Below, one piece after another: positions 46,807 to 55,594 of a DNA stretch of 64,000 bases. The DNA comes from Vicinamibacteria bacterium. GTDB taxonomy: Bacteria > Acidobacteriota > Vicinamibacteria > Marinacidobacterales > Marinacidobacteraceae. The position numbers and the translations under genes are program-made. The stretch lies in contig OY729431.1 of assembly GCA_963422395.1 (NCBI GenBank), positions 2,752,001-2,816,000 of the forward strand, read 5' to 3'. The notes beneath the pieces are model-generated. The model worked only from the letters and a program-made list of their open reading frames with translations, searched no databases and was not told where the DNA came from. The stretch's first letter is position 1. Each line of letters opens with the position of its first letter.

Positions 46807-48819
46807 TCAGCGCCGGGGGGAAGCCAACGCCGGGGCTGTCTGCGGGCTTTCGTTCGCGGGTTCGGCGCTGTCCACTGCCGTCACCGAGTACCGGAACCGG
46901 GCGCGGGGGTCCCGCTCCGAATCCCGGAAAGTGGTGCGCTCGAGCGGTGAGTCGGTGAGTCGTTCGGAACCCGATCCGTCGGGGGCAGACCGGTAGATGT
47001 GATACCCGGCCAGATCGTCGGAGATCGATTCCTTCCAGAGGAGTTCCGTGCTCTCGGGCCGCCAGAAAAGACGAAGATCGGTCGGCGGCGACGGCGGAAA
47101 GACATCCCTCGGAATCGCACACCCCTCTTCGGAAAACGGCCCTACACTGAGCGCCCGGGAGCTGGTGGGCGGTATCCGCACCAGCACCGGAGTCCAATCG
47201 GGGATATCCGTTGCCCCTTCGGGACCCCCGGGGCCGACCGGCGGCGCATCCGACGGGGCTCCCTCCGCAACGGGCGCCGCTCGCTGCTCCGTGGAGACCG
47301 GGACCTCGGGTCCGCCGCCGCTTCCGGTCTCCGTTTCCGGCTTCCCGGAGAGCGCCGGGGCGAATTCCGGGCCGGGGTCGGGCAGGACCCGTTCCTCGTC
47401 ATCGCCGGCGAAGAGCACCCGGATCTGGTAGCAGACTTCCTCTCCCCACACCACCTCCGGGTCGGACAGATTCGGGCCGACGGATCGGCCCACTCGCTCC
47501 CGACGATCCCCACGCCGCCGGAACACCTCGAAGAGGGGGTCGGACAGCTCCGCAGCGTTCCCCAAGGTCGGGCGCGGATCCGACCAGCGCACCGTCAGGG
47601 CTTTTTCGCCGATCGACACTTCGACTCCCTCGGCGGCCGGCAACCGTTCCGTGAGATCGAGCGATTGGGGGTCGCTCGCCTCACTCGGACCTCCTCGGGC
47701 TTCGTATCGAACCTCCACCTCGAAACGACGGCCGATCCAGGCAGGGTCCACGGGCCACTCGATGGACCGCTCCTCGCCGGCAACCCTCGACTCCACTTCG
47801 GCAAGAACCTCGAACTCCATCTCTTCGTATTGCAGCTGGATCTCGGCCGGATCGCTGTCTTCCACCGATTCCACCGGAGAGTCTGCCGACGGCTCGGCCG
47901 TTTCCGGCGCGGGTTTCGCGGCCAGCGGCACTTCCGCTTCCGGTTCCGAGGGAGCAGGCGCTTCGGATCCTCCTTCCTCCGATTCCGGAATCGAAGGAAT
48001 TGCTGCCTCGGTTCCGCTTTCGCCGGAAGGGGATCCTTCTCCGACGAGCCCGGGTACTTCGGGGACCGCAGGGTCGGGCGGCGCCGGCAACGGCGGCTCG
48101 GCGGCGGCGGCACTCTCCGTCGCGGTCGGCGACGGGACCTCCGGCGCATCGACCGGCGGGTCTTCGGTTCCAACGCCAGTCCCGGGGGCTCCGGCCTCCT
48201 CCTCGCCAGTCTCGGGAGACACCGCTCCTTCTCCGGCTTCGCCCCCAGGCGCCGTTTCGCCCGCTTCCGTTTCGAGCGGGCCGGCTCCGTCCGGCGCCGC
48301 CTCCGCACTCGCTTCGCGTATCTCGGAGCGGCTGGAAGCGCGCTGCTCGGCAGCCAGCTGGCGGATGTCCACCACCCGGTAGAGAACGAGCGCTTTTCGC
48401 AACCGGAGGTCGCCCGGCTCACCGCCCTCGGCGAGGCGCGGGGCAACCCAGCGGATTGCGATCTCCCCGCCCTCCTGGCGCAGCGGGAGCAGCCGCGGCG
48501 CCTCCGGAGTCACTCGGATCGGCGGTTGGGGAGGCCCCCGGCGGCCGCAGGACGCCGCAACCAGAACCACCGCGGACCCGAACAGCGCCTGGACGAGGCG
48601 GCGCGAGCCCCCGAGAACGCGAGCCGTCCGTTTCCGGAGCGGCGCGGGTTCCGGCGGGGGTTCCAAGGCCGCTCCCGTCTTCCCGATGGGAGTGGCGCGC
48701 GGCGGGCGAAGCGCGAATTCGGAGGAATACCGAGCGTATTCCGAGGAGTTCGCAGGGAAGAGCGAAGCGGCCCCGCCGGACGCTCTCACGCGAAACCTGC
48801 CCTCCCGGGTCACGCGCAC
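46807..48819 (-). CDS. lipoprotein with fibronectin-III-like domains and acidic low-complexity inserts (start uncertain)
   Basis: VVLVAASCGRRGPPQPP lipobox; C-terminal DVFPPSPPTDL...W...DLAGYHIYR...YSVTAVD...NES. Confidence 0.8.
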   Translation of the reverse strand: MRVTREGRFRVRASGGAASLFPANSSEYARYSSEFALRPPRATPIGKTGAALEPPPEPAPLRKRTARVLGGSRRLVQALFGSAVVLVAASCGRRGPPQPPIRVTPEAPRLLPLRQEGGEIAIRWVAPRLAEGGEPGDLRLRKALVLYRVVDIRQLAAEQRASSRSEIREASAEAAPDGAGPLETEAGETAPGGEAGEGAVSPETGEEEAGAPGTGVGTEDPPVDAPEVPSPTATESAAAAEPPLPAPPDPAVPEVPGLVGEGSPSGESGTEAAIPSIPESEEGGSEAPAPSEPEAEVPLAAKPAPETAEPSADSPVESVEDSDPAEIQLQYEEMEFEVLAEVESRVAGEERSIEWPVDPAWIGRRFEVEVRYEARGGPSEASDPQSLDLTERLPAAEGVEVSIGEKALTVRWSDPRPTLGNAAELSDPLFEVFRRRGDRRERVGRSVGPNLSDPEVVWGEEVCYQIRVLFAGDDEERVLPDPGPEFAPALSGKPETETGSGGGPEVPVSTEQRAAPVAEGAPSDAPPVGPGGPEGATDIPDWTPVLVRIPPTSSRALSVGPFSEEGCAIPRDVFPPSPPTDLRLFWRPESTELLWKESISDDLAGYHIYRSAPDGSGSERLTDSPLERTTFRDSERDPRARFRYSVTAVDSAEPANESPQTAPALASPRR

Positions 48820-48849
48820 GAAATCGGCTGGGAACAGCGAACTTGCAGA

Positions 48850-50310
48850 TCAGAGAATGAAGCGGGAAAGATCCTCGTCTTCGAGAATTCCATCCAACAT
48901 CCTGACGACATACTCCTTGTCGATGGTCCAGTTCTTCTCCTCGAGTTCCGGAGCGTCGAAGAGAAGGTCCTCGAGGACCTTCTCCAGGATCGTATGGAGT
49001 CTCCGGGCCCCGATGTCCTCCATCCGTTCGTTGACCTGGGCAGCCATGTCGGCGATTTCCCGGATTCCATCCTCGCGAAAAGAGACGCTGAGGCCCTCGG
49101 TGGCCAACAGGGCTTCGTATTGTTTGAGCAGGGCGCCTTCGGGCTCCGTCAGGATCCTCTCGAAGTCCTCGACGGAGAGCGGATCGAGTTCGACCCGAAG
49201 CGGGAAACGGCCCTGGAGTTCGGGGATGAGATCGGACGGGCGATTTTCCTGGAACGCACCGGCGCCGATGTACAGGATGTGATCCGTGCGCAAGGCCCCG
49301 TAGCGAGTGGTCACCGAAGACCCATCGAGCAGGGGCAGCAAGTCCCGCTGCACCCCTTCCCGCGAAACATCGGGGCCGGGAGAATCGTTGGGGCTCGCCA
49401 CCTTGTCGAGTTCGTCGATGAAGATGATGCCGTGGTCTTCTGCCCTTTCGAGAGCAAGCCGCGACAGCTGCCGACGATCCACCAGCCGATCCTCTTCTTC
49501 CTGCACGAAGTAATCGAGCGCCTGGGGGACGAGCATCTCCGTCTTCCGATAGCGGGGCCCGAAAACCCCGCGCAGCATCTCGGCGGTGTTCGTGTCGAGA
49601 TCGTCTCCGGGGCCGGAAAGGGCTTCGAGGAAGGGCGCCGGCGGCTCCCGCACTTCGACCTCGACACTGCGCTCGCCGAGGTCTCCCCGGTGCAGTCGGC
49701 GGCGCAATTTCTCCCGGGCACGGCGGACACGCTTCGCGTCTTCGATGTCGCGTTCCGGAAGAACACCGCCCTCCGGATCTTCGGACGAAGCCGCGTTCCG
49801 TTCGTCGAGCGATCGTTCGTCGGCCCCGTACTGGACGAGGTTCGGCGCCTGCGGCGGCAGCAGGAGGTCGAGAAGGCGTTCTTCGGCGTTCAGATCTGCC
49901 TGCTCGCGCACTTCCTCGATCAGTTCCTCCCGAAGGATCTCCACGGATACATCGACGAGGTCGCGCACCATGGATTCCACATCCCTCCCGACATATCCGA
50001 CTTCGGTGAACTTGGACGCCTCGACCTTGACGAACGGAGAGCGGGAAAGCCTGGCCAGCCGACGGGCGATCTCGGTCTTGCCCACTCCGGTCGGCCCGAT
50101 CATGATGATGTTCTTGGGTGCGATTTCGTCCGCGAGTTCCGGTTCGATGTGGGTGCGGCGGGCACGGTTTCGAAGCGCCACCGCCACTGCGCGCTTGGCG
50201 CCCGTCTGCCCCACCACGAAGCGGTCGAGTTCTTCGACGATTTCACGCGGCGTGGGATCCTCGAAGGGTGCCGGGGGCTCCTTTCCGACGGGAGGGAGAT
50301 ACTCGACCAG
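48850..50310 (-). CDS. hslU: ATP-dependent protease ATPase subunit HslU (probable CTG start)
   Basis: TPREIVEELDRFVVGQ, GPTGVGKTE, FTEVGYVGRD, IDELDK, GARRL. Confidence 0.95.
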   Translation of the reverse strand: MVEYLPPVGKEPPAPFEDPTPREIVEELDRFVVGQTGAKRAVAVALRNRARRTHIEPELADEIAPKNIIMIGPTGVGKTEIARRLARLSRSPFVKVEASKFTEVGYVGRDVESMVRDLVDVSVEILREELIEEVREQADLNAEERLLDLLLPPQAPNLVQYGADERSLDERNAASSEDPEGGVLPERDIEDAKRVRRAREKLRRRLHRGDLGERSVEVEVREPPAPFLEALSGPGDDLDTNTAEMLRGVFGPRYRKTEMLVPQALDYFVQEEEDRLVDRRQLSRLALERAEDHGIIFIDELDKVASPNDSPGPDVSREGVQRDLLPLLDGSSVTTRYGALRTDHILYIGAGAFQENRPSDLIPELQGRFPLRVELDPLSVEDFERILTEPEGALLKQYEALLATEGLSVSFREDGIREIADMAAQVNERMEDIGARRLHTILEKVLEDLLFDAPELEEKNWTIDKEYVVRMLDGILEDEDLSRFIL

Positions 50311-50313
50311 GAG

Positions 50314-50853
50314 TCACACCTCTTCGAAGAGGAATTCACCGTTCGTGTAGATGCAGATACTGTCGGTGACGCGCATCGCTTCCTCGGCGATCTCGCGGGA
50401 CGAAAGCCGAGTCCGGGAAACCAGCGCCCGCGCCGCCGCCATCGCGAAAGGAGCGCCGGCGCCGATGGCCATGATTCCATCGTCCGGTTGCATCAGGTCG
50501 CCGTCCCCTGACAGGAGGAATACATGATCCTTGTCGGCCACCAGCAGCAGCGCGTCGAGGTGACGCAGCACTCGATCGGTGCGCCAATCCTGCGCGAGTT
50601 CCACGGAAGCCCGCTCCAGGTTGCCCCGGTGTGCTTCCAGCTTCGTCTCGAATTTCGCGAAGAGAGCCTGGGCGTCGGCAGTGGCGCCGGCGAACCCGGC
50701 AAGCACCGTCCCCTCGCACATCCGGCGCAGCTTGCGGGCGCCGTGCTTCACGACGATGTCGCCGAGGGTCACCTGCCCGTCCGCAGCCAAGGTCGTCTTC
50801 CCGCGCCGGCGGACGGCCAGCACCGTTGTAGAACGCGATCTTTGGGGCCGCAC
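50314..50853 (-). CDS. hslV: ATP-dependent protease subunit HslV
   Basis: STTVLAV, DGQVT, GFAGATADA, WRTDRVLR, ICIYTN. Confidence 0.96.
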   Translation of the reverse strand: MRPQRSRSTTVLAVRRRGKTTLAADGQVTLGDIVVKHGARKLRRMCEGTVLAGFAGATADAQALFAKFETKLEAHRGNLERASVELAQDWRTDRVLRHLDALLLVADKDHVFLLSGDGDLMQPDDGIMAIGAGAPFAMAAARALVSRTRLSSREIAEEAMRVTDSICIYTNGEFLFEEV

Positions 50854-51116
50854 AGAACAACAAGCAGAGCGACAGTCAGAGCAACGGGGAGCACCAACTT
50901 GCAGCTTTGCGCGCTCCCCCCGACCAAGGATCGAGCCACGACGGCCCCCGCGGAGTGCAATGGACTCTCAAAGGAGGCCGAGCGGGGGGCCGGGAGTGGC
51001 CCGACCAGCCTGAAAGAAGGCCGGTGGCCGCCACAAGCTCAGTGTCGATGCCGGCCTGCTAGTATAGCCGGGCTGACCGCTGCGTCTGGGCTCCGTGTTG
51101 CGCGGTCGCTGGCCTG

Positions 51117-51578
51117 ATGAAACTCCTCTCGGCCGTCGTCTTGGCGAGCGCCGCCTATGACCTCCTGCTCGGCGGGGCGCTGCTCTTCGCGCTCGGAGAT
51201 GTGCAGCAACTGCTGGGCCTCGGGGAACCGCTCTTCCCGATCAACGCGAATCTGAACGGGTTGTTCGCCATGGCGATCGGAGTCGGCTACCTGGCGGTGC
51301 TGCGAGACCCCTGGAAGCACCGTTGGTACCTGTGGATCATGGGTCCGTTCCTGAAGGGCGCCGGGGCCCTGCTGCTCGCACTGGACTTCCTGTTGCGCGG
51401 TTCGCCGCCGATCTTCCTCCTGTTCGCGTCTGCTGACGCGGGGTTGGCGGCAGCTACCGTCTTCATACTCCTGCGGGCGGATCCAGAACGACCTGCAATT
51501 CGAGATCCGGGGGAGCGCGTCCGCGGGCCGATGTCATCGGATCGTTCCGGGAGCCCTCCCGGAGAGAACCGTCGGTGA
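51117..51578 (+). CDS. hypothetical membrane protein
   Basis: four hydrophobic segments. Confidence 0.7.
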   Translation: MKLLSAVVLASAAYDLLLGGALLFALGDVQQLLGLGEPLFPINANLNGLFAMAIGVGYLAVLRDPWKHRWYLWIMGPFLKGAGALLLALDFLLRGSPPIFLLFASADAGLAAATVFILLRADPERPAIRDPGERVRGPMSSDRSGSPPGENRR

Positions 51579-51645
51579 AAGAGGGGGGCGGCACCGCCCG
51601 GTAGGCCAGGCGCCGAACCGCTTAGAATCTCCGGTCCGCCTGCTC

Positions 51646-52341
51646 ATGGACTCCAGGGAGCTCCTGCGCCACCTCGTCGCAGCTCGTCCGGACGACCCGC
51701 TCTGGGAAGAGTTGTTCCAGCGCTGCCTCGCGCTCATCCGAACCACATTCTGGTGGCGGATCAGCAGGGAACGCCGCAACGCCCCGCCACTCGAGGACAT
51801 GGGCCAGGAAGTGATGGAACGGCTGCTCGCCCGGGGCCGCCAGGGTCTCGCGCGTTTCCAGGGAGACAGCGAGGAGACCTTCGACGGATACATCCGCCGC
51901 ATCACGCTGAACATCTTGTTCGATGGGATCCGCCACGAAGTGAATCGGCGTCAGTTCGAAGAACTGTTGCCCTTCGACGACCTGCGCCGACTCGACGACC
52001 TGCTCGTCGACGCTTCGTCGGTGGACGGCAGCGCGAGCCCCGAAACCGGAGTGCACCTTCGTGAAATGGGGGAGATCGTCGAGAAGACCCTGCGGGAGAT
52101 GTCTCTCGACGCCCGGCAGCGGGGCATGAACCGCCTGTTGTTCCGGCTCTATTTCCTGGACAGCTGCAGTATCCCGCAGATCGCCCGGTTGCGCGCGGTA
52201 ACCCTCAGCGCTTCCTCGGTCGGCCGCCGCATCCGGAACATGCGGAGCGCTTTGCAAAGAGCTTTCCAGCATCGCCGGCGGCCCTCCCCGACCGGGCAGC
52301 TGGTCCGGCGGGAGCCGATCGCCGAACGAAAGCGACGCTAG
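51646..52341 (+). CDS. ECF-type sigma factor-like protein
   Basis: region-2-like EDMGQEVMERL...F.GYIRRITLN..FD; region-4-like LYFLDSCSIPQIA; TAGAAT upstream. Confidence 0.75.
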   Translation: MDSRELLRHLVAARPDDPLWEELFQRCLALIRTTFWWRISRERRNAPPLEDMGQEVMERLLARGRQGLARFQGDSEETFDGYIRRITLNILFDGIRHEVNRRQFEELLPFDDLRRLDDLLVDASSVDGSASPETGVHLREMGEIVEKTLREMSLDARQRGMNRLLFRLYFLDSCSIPQIARLRAVTLSASSVGRRIRNMRSALQRAFQHRRRPSPTGQLVRREPIAERKRR

Positions 52342-52345
52342 CTGC

Positions 52346-52367
52346 GACTTCGTCCACAGGCTGCTAA
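52346..52367. repeat. isolated MITE terminal inverted repeat
   Basis: gacttcgtccacaggctgctaa is 21/22 identical to the reverse complement of 59742..59763. Confidence 0.75.
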
Positions 52368-52395
52368 AGCCTGCGCGGGCGCTTCGCCCTTCGGT

Positions 52396-53814
52396 TCAGG
52401 TCCCGGAGGGCATCGTGCCGGGCCCGGTGCTGGTCTCTCCCCCGCCGGTCAGCCCGACGATCAGGTCCATCACATTGGTGCCGGTAGGGCCCGTCACCAA
52501 CAGATCACCCGTCTCCCGGTGCACGGTCCACGCATCGTTGCGCCGGAGGTGGGCGGCAGGATCGAGACCCCGCATCCGGGCGCGCCGCCAGGACTTGCCG
52601 TCAGCGAACGCGCCGGCCGCGTCCGTCGGCCCATCGGTCCCGTCGGTCCCGGCAGCCAGTAGCGCGAGCTGCGGCACTCCCTCGAGGGCGCCGCCCGCAA
52701 CGAGCGCGAGCTCCTGACTGCGCCCTCCGCGGCCGTCGCCAACGACCCGCAAGGTCAGCTCGCCCCCCGCGAGCAATGCGAAGCGGCCGTCTGCAGCCGC
52801 CAGCTCGGCCAGCCGTTCGGCGAAACGGCGCGCCGCATCGTGGACCTCTCCGACGAGATCCCGTCCAAAGATTTCGGATCGGTACCCGAGCCGCTCCGCA
52901 GCTCGGACCGCGGCCGCGAGGGAGCGCGCGTTGCTGGCGACGATGAAGTGGGGGACGACCGTTTCCGGACATGCCGGAGTCTCCGCCAGCCGCCCGGCAG
53001 CGCCGTCTTGCAACCGGCGGATCACGGGGCCCGGCACCCGCGCTATCAGATCGAACCGGTGAAGCACCTGCAGCGCGTCCTCGAAGGTCGTCGGATCAGC
53101 AGCTGCCGGGCCGGAGCCGATGGAGGTCAGATCGTCGCCGACCACATCGGAAATCACCAGAGCGCTGCTTCGGCCCGGAGGGAAGAAGGGGAGCAGCTGG
53201 CCGCCCTTGACCGCAGAAAGATGCTTGCGGACGGCGTTCATCTCGTGGATGTCCGCCCCGCTGGCGAGCAGCAGGGAGCTGACCTTCGATTTCTGTTCCA
53301 GAGTGATTCCGGGAGCCGGAGAGACGAGGAGTGCCGAGGCGCCCCCGGTGAGCAGGAAGAGAATGCGGCCCCCCTCTCCGACGTCCCGCAGTTCGTCGAG
53401 CAGCCGGTGGGTGGACGCCACGGAATCGGCGTCCGGAACGGGATGTCCCGCCTCCTCGACCGCCACCCCGGGAATGGCGGTCCCGTGCCCGCGCTTGACG
53501 ATGATCCGCCCGCTGACGGTCTCGCCGGCCAATCGGCGCGCCACCCCGTAGCCGAGAGCGGACGCCGCCTTTCCGGCGCCGAACAGGAAGACCGGATCCC
53601 CGGCGTGGGCTCGGGGCGGGAGCAGGGGGCTCCCGCGGAACTTCCACCCTGCGTCCGGATCCCCTTCGATGTCCTGCGCGAGGATGGGCCCGGGTTGCGC
53701 AGCTCGCAGCGCGGCGCGGTAGATCGTGAGCAGATCGCTCCTCAGGCCGGCAACGATCGGCGGAATTCTCTCCCCGTCCGGAGCGGCGCCGCGGATCGAG
53801 GGACGCCCTCTCAC
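52396..53814 (-). CDS. glycerate kinase (MOFRL / TtuD type)
   Basis: GAGKA, AGHPVPD, GGASAL, VKGG, SDVVGD, GGRSQE, GTDGTDG, TGTNVMD. Confidence 0.93.
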   Translation of the reverse strand: MRGRPSIRGAAPDGERIPPIVAGLRSDLLTIYRAALRAAQPGPILAQDIEGDPDAGWKFRGSPLLPPRAHAGDPVFLFGAGKAASALGYGVARRLAGETVSGRIIVKRGHGTAIPGVAVEEAGHPVPDADSVASTHRLLDELRDVGEGGRILFLLTGGASALLVSPAPGITLEQKSKVSSLLLASGADIHEMNAVRKHLSAVKGGQLLPFFPPGRSSALVISDVVGDDLTSIGSGPAAADPTTFEDALQVLHRFDLIARVPGPVIRRLQDGAAGRLAETPACPETVVPHFIVASNARSLAAAVRAAERLGYRSEIFGRDLVGEVHDAARRFAERLAELAAADGRFALLAGGELTLRVVGDGRGGRSQELALVAGGALEGVPQLALLAAGTDGTDGPTDAAGAFADGKSWRRARMRGLDPAAHLRRNDAWTVHRETGDLLVTGPTGTNVMDLIVGLTGGGETSTGPGTMPSGT

Positions 53815-53885
53815 AGTGCGTTTCCCGCGGGACTTCCGCGCCGCGCGGGTAGAGTTGCCCGGTGGATCCGCCGCCGGCGCCCGAG

Positions 53886-53990
53886 GTGACACAGCCGAAA
53901 CGATGGCACTTCGTCGCCGCCTTCGCCCCTATCGCGATCTCGCTCCTCGCACTCGCCGGCCTCTTCGCGTTCCACTGCGCGAGGAGCTGA
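53886..53990 (+). CDS. putative 34-aa single-TM small protein
   Basis: MTQPKRWHFVAAFAPIAISLLALAGLFAFHCARS; GC3-rich codons; TAGAGT upstream. Confidence 0.45.
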   Translation: MTQPKRWHFVAAFAPIAISLLALAGLFAFHCARS

Positions 53991-54036
53991 GGACACCGGA
54001 GCCCGAGGCTCCTCGACGAGGACGAAGGAGAACGAC

Positions 54037-55029
54037 ATGTCGGAACGACAATGGTATGTAGCCGAAGGCGGGCGCACGCTCGGCCCCTATCCCGCCGACG
54101 AAATCGTCCGCGCTCTCCACAACGGCCGCTGGAGCCGCTCCACGCAGGTTTGTCCGGCAGGCGGCGCTGAATGGATACCGGCCGCCGAGGTGCCGGAATT
54201 CCGAATCGGGATCGGAGCGGGCTCGACCGCTCCCCGCCCGCCAACGCGAATGCATGAGGTGGACTACCGCATCTTCGGCGAGGAGATGCAATTCGTGGAG
54301 GTGGAACTCGATCCGGGCGAAGGGGCCATCGCCGAGGCGGGAGCGATGATGTTCATGACCGCCGGGATCGAAATGCGGACGATATTCGGCGATGGCGGAG
54401 AGCGCGGCTTCATGGACAAGCTCCTCGGAGCCGGGAAACGGCTTCTGACCGGCGAGAGTCTGTTCATGACCGAGTTCGTGAACCAGGGGGCGGGAAAGCA
54501 ACAGGTGGCGTTCGCCTCCCCGTATCCCGGAAAGATCCTCCCGGTCCAGCTGAGGGAGCTCGGGGGACGGCTGATCGCACAAAAGGACGCCTTTCTCTGC
54601 GGAGCCAAGGGCGTCTCTCTGGGGATCGCCTTTCAGCGCAAGATCGGAACCGCGCTTTTCGGCGGCGAAGGGTTCATCATGCAGTCGCTCGAAGGAGACG
54701 GACTGGCGTTCCTGCACGCCGGGGGGATGGTCGTGAGGAAGGAACTGGCCGCCGGCGAAAACCTGCGCGTGGACAGCGGCTGTCTCGTGGCGCTGGCCCC
54801 TTCGGTGCACTACGACATCCAGTTCGTGGGGGGCATCAAGTCGGCGATCTTCGGCGGTGAAGGATTCTTTTTCGCCAACCTGACCGGTCCGGGATGGGTC
54901 TGGCTCCAGTCGCTGCCGTTCAGTCGGCTCGCCGGACGGATCCACCAGGCGGCGCCGCAAACCGGCGGTGGGGGAAAGGGCGAGGGCTCGATCCTCGGCC
55001 GCATCTCGGGGGTCGGTTGGGACGGGTGA
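54037..55029 (+). CDS. AIM24/TIGR00266 family protein with N-terminal GYF_2-like domain
   Basis: WY...GPY...W N-terminal domain; AEAGAMM, GESLF, FGGEGF, WLQSLPFSRLA. Confidence 0.92.
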   Translation: MSERQWYVAEGGRTLGPYPADEIVRALHNGRWSRSTQVCPAGGAEWIPAAEVPEFRIGIGAGSTAPRPPTRMHEVDYRIFGEEMQFVEVELDPGEGAIAEAGAMMFMTAGIEMRTIFGDGGERGFMDKLLGAGKRLLTGESLFMTEFVNQGAGKQQVAFASPYPGKILPVQLRELGGRLIAQKDAFLCGAKGVSLGIAFQRKIGTALFGGEGFIMQSLEGDGLAFLHAGGMVVRKELAAGENLRVDSGCLVALAPSVHYDIQFVGGIKSAIFGGEGFFFANLTGPGWVWLQSLPFSRLAGRIHQAAPQTGGGGKGEGSILGRISGVGWDG

Positions 55030-55033
55030 TCGG

Positions 55034-55570
55034 TTGAGCGAACCCGCTCCGGCGGCGCTGCCCAGCGCCCGCAGCGGCGAAGCGGAGGCTTTCCTCGCTC
55101 GCTTCTCCTGGAACGACTGGACCCCCGACGAGAAGGCCACCCTGCTCTTCCTCATCCGCGGCGGCCGGATCCTCTTGATCGAAAAACACCGCGGCCTCGG
55201 CAAGGGAAAGATCAACGGCCCCGGGGGACGCATCGAACCCGCGGAGACTCCCCGGCAAGCAGCGATCCGGGAAACCGAGGAAGAAGTGCTGATTCGCCCG
55301 ACCGGAGTTCGCCTCAGCGGGGAACTCTGCTTCCAGTTCGTGAGCGGCTACGCGGTCCGCGTCTTCGTGTTTCGGGCCGACGACTTCAAGGGAGAACCGG
55401 GGCCTACCCCCGAGGCGACACCGATCTGGTTCGATCTCGAAGCCATTCCGTACGGGCGCATGTGGGAAGACGACGCGGTCTGGTTGCCGCTCCTGCTACA
55501 GAACCAGCCGTTCCGGGGGCGCTTCGTCTTCGACGGCGAACGGATGGTGGCGCAAGAACTCGAGACTTGA
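55034..55570 (+). CDS. Nudix hydrolase (8-oxo-dGTP diphosphatase-like)
   Basis: NGPGGRIEPAETPRQAAIRETEEE Nudix box; IPYGRMWEDD..WLP. Confidence 0.9.
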   Translation: MSEPAPAALPSARSGEAEAFLARFSWNDWTPDEKATLLFLIRGGRILLIEKHRGLGKGKINGPGGRIEPAETPRQAAIRETEEEVLIRPTGVRLSGELCFQFVSGYAVRVFVFRADDFKGEPGPTPEATPIWFDLEAIPYGRMWEDDAVWLPLLLQNQPFRGRFVFDGERMVAQELET

Positions 55571-55594
55571 TCGGAGTGCGGCCGCCCGCTTCGT

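Noticed and set aside
50314-50316. hslV TGA as selenocysteine, giving an HslV-HslU fusion
   Set aside because: Not at a Cys position, no SECIS-like hairpin, and HslV ends at its normal C-terminus
50950-50962. GAGTGCAA as a CIRCE/HrcA operator for hslVU
   Set aside because: Only a half-site; no TTAGCACTC arm 9 nt away
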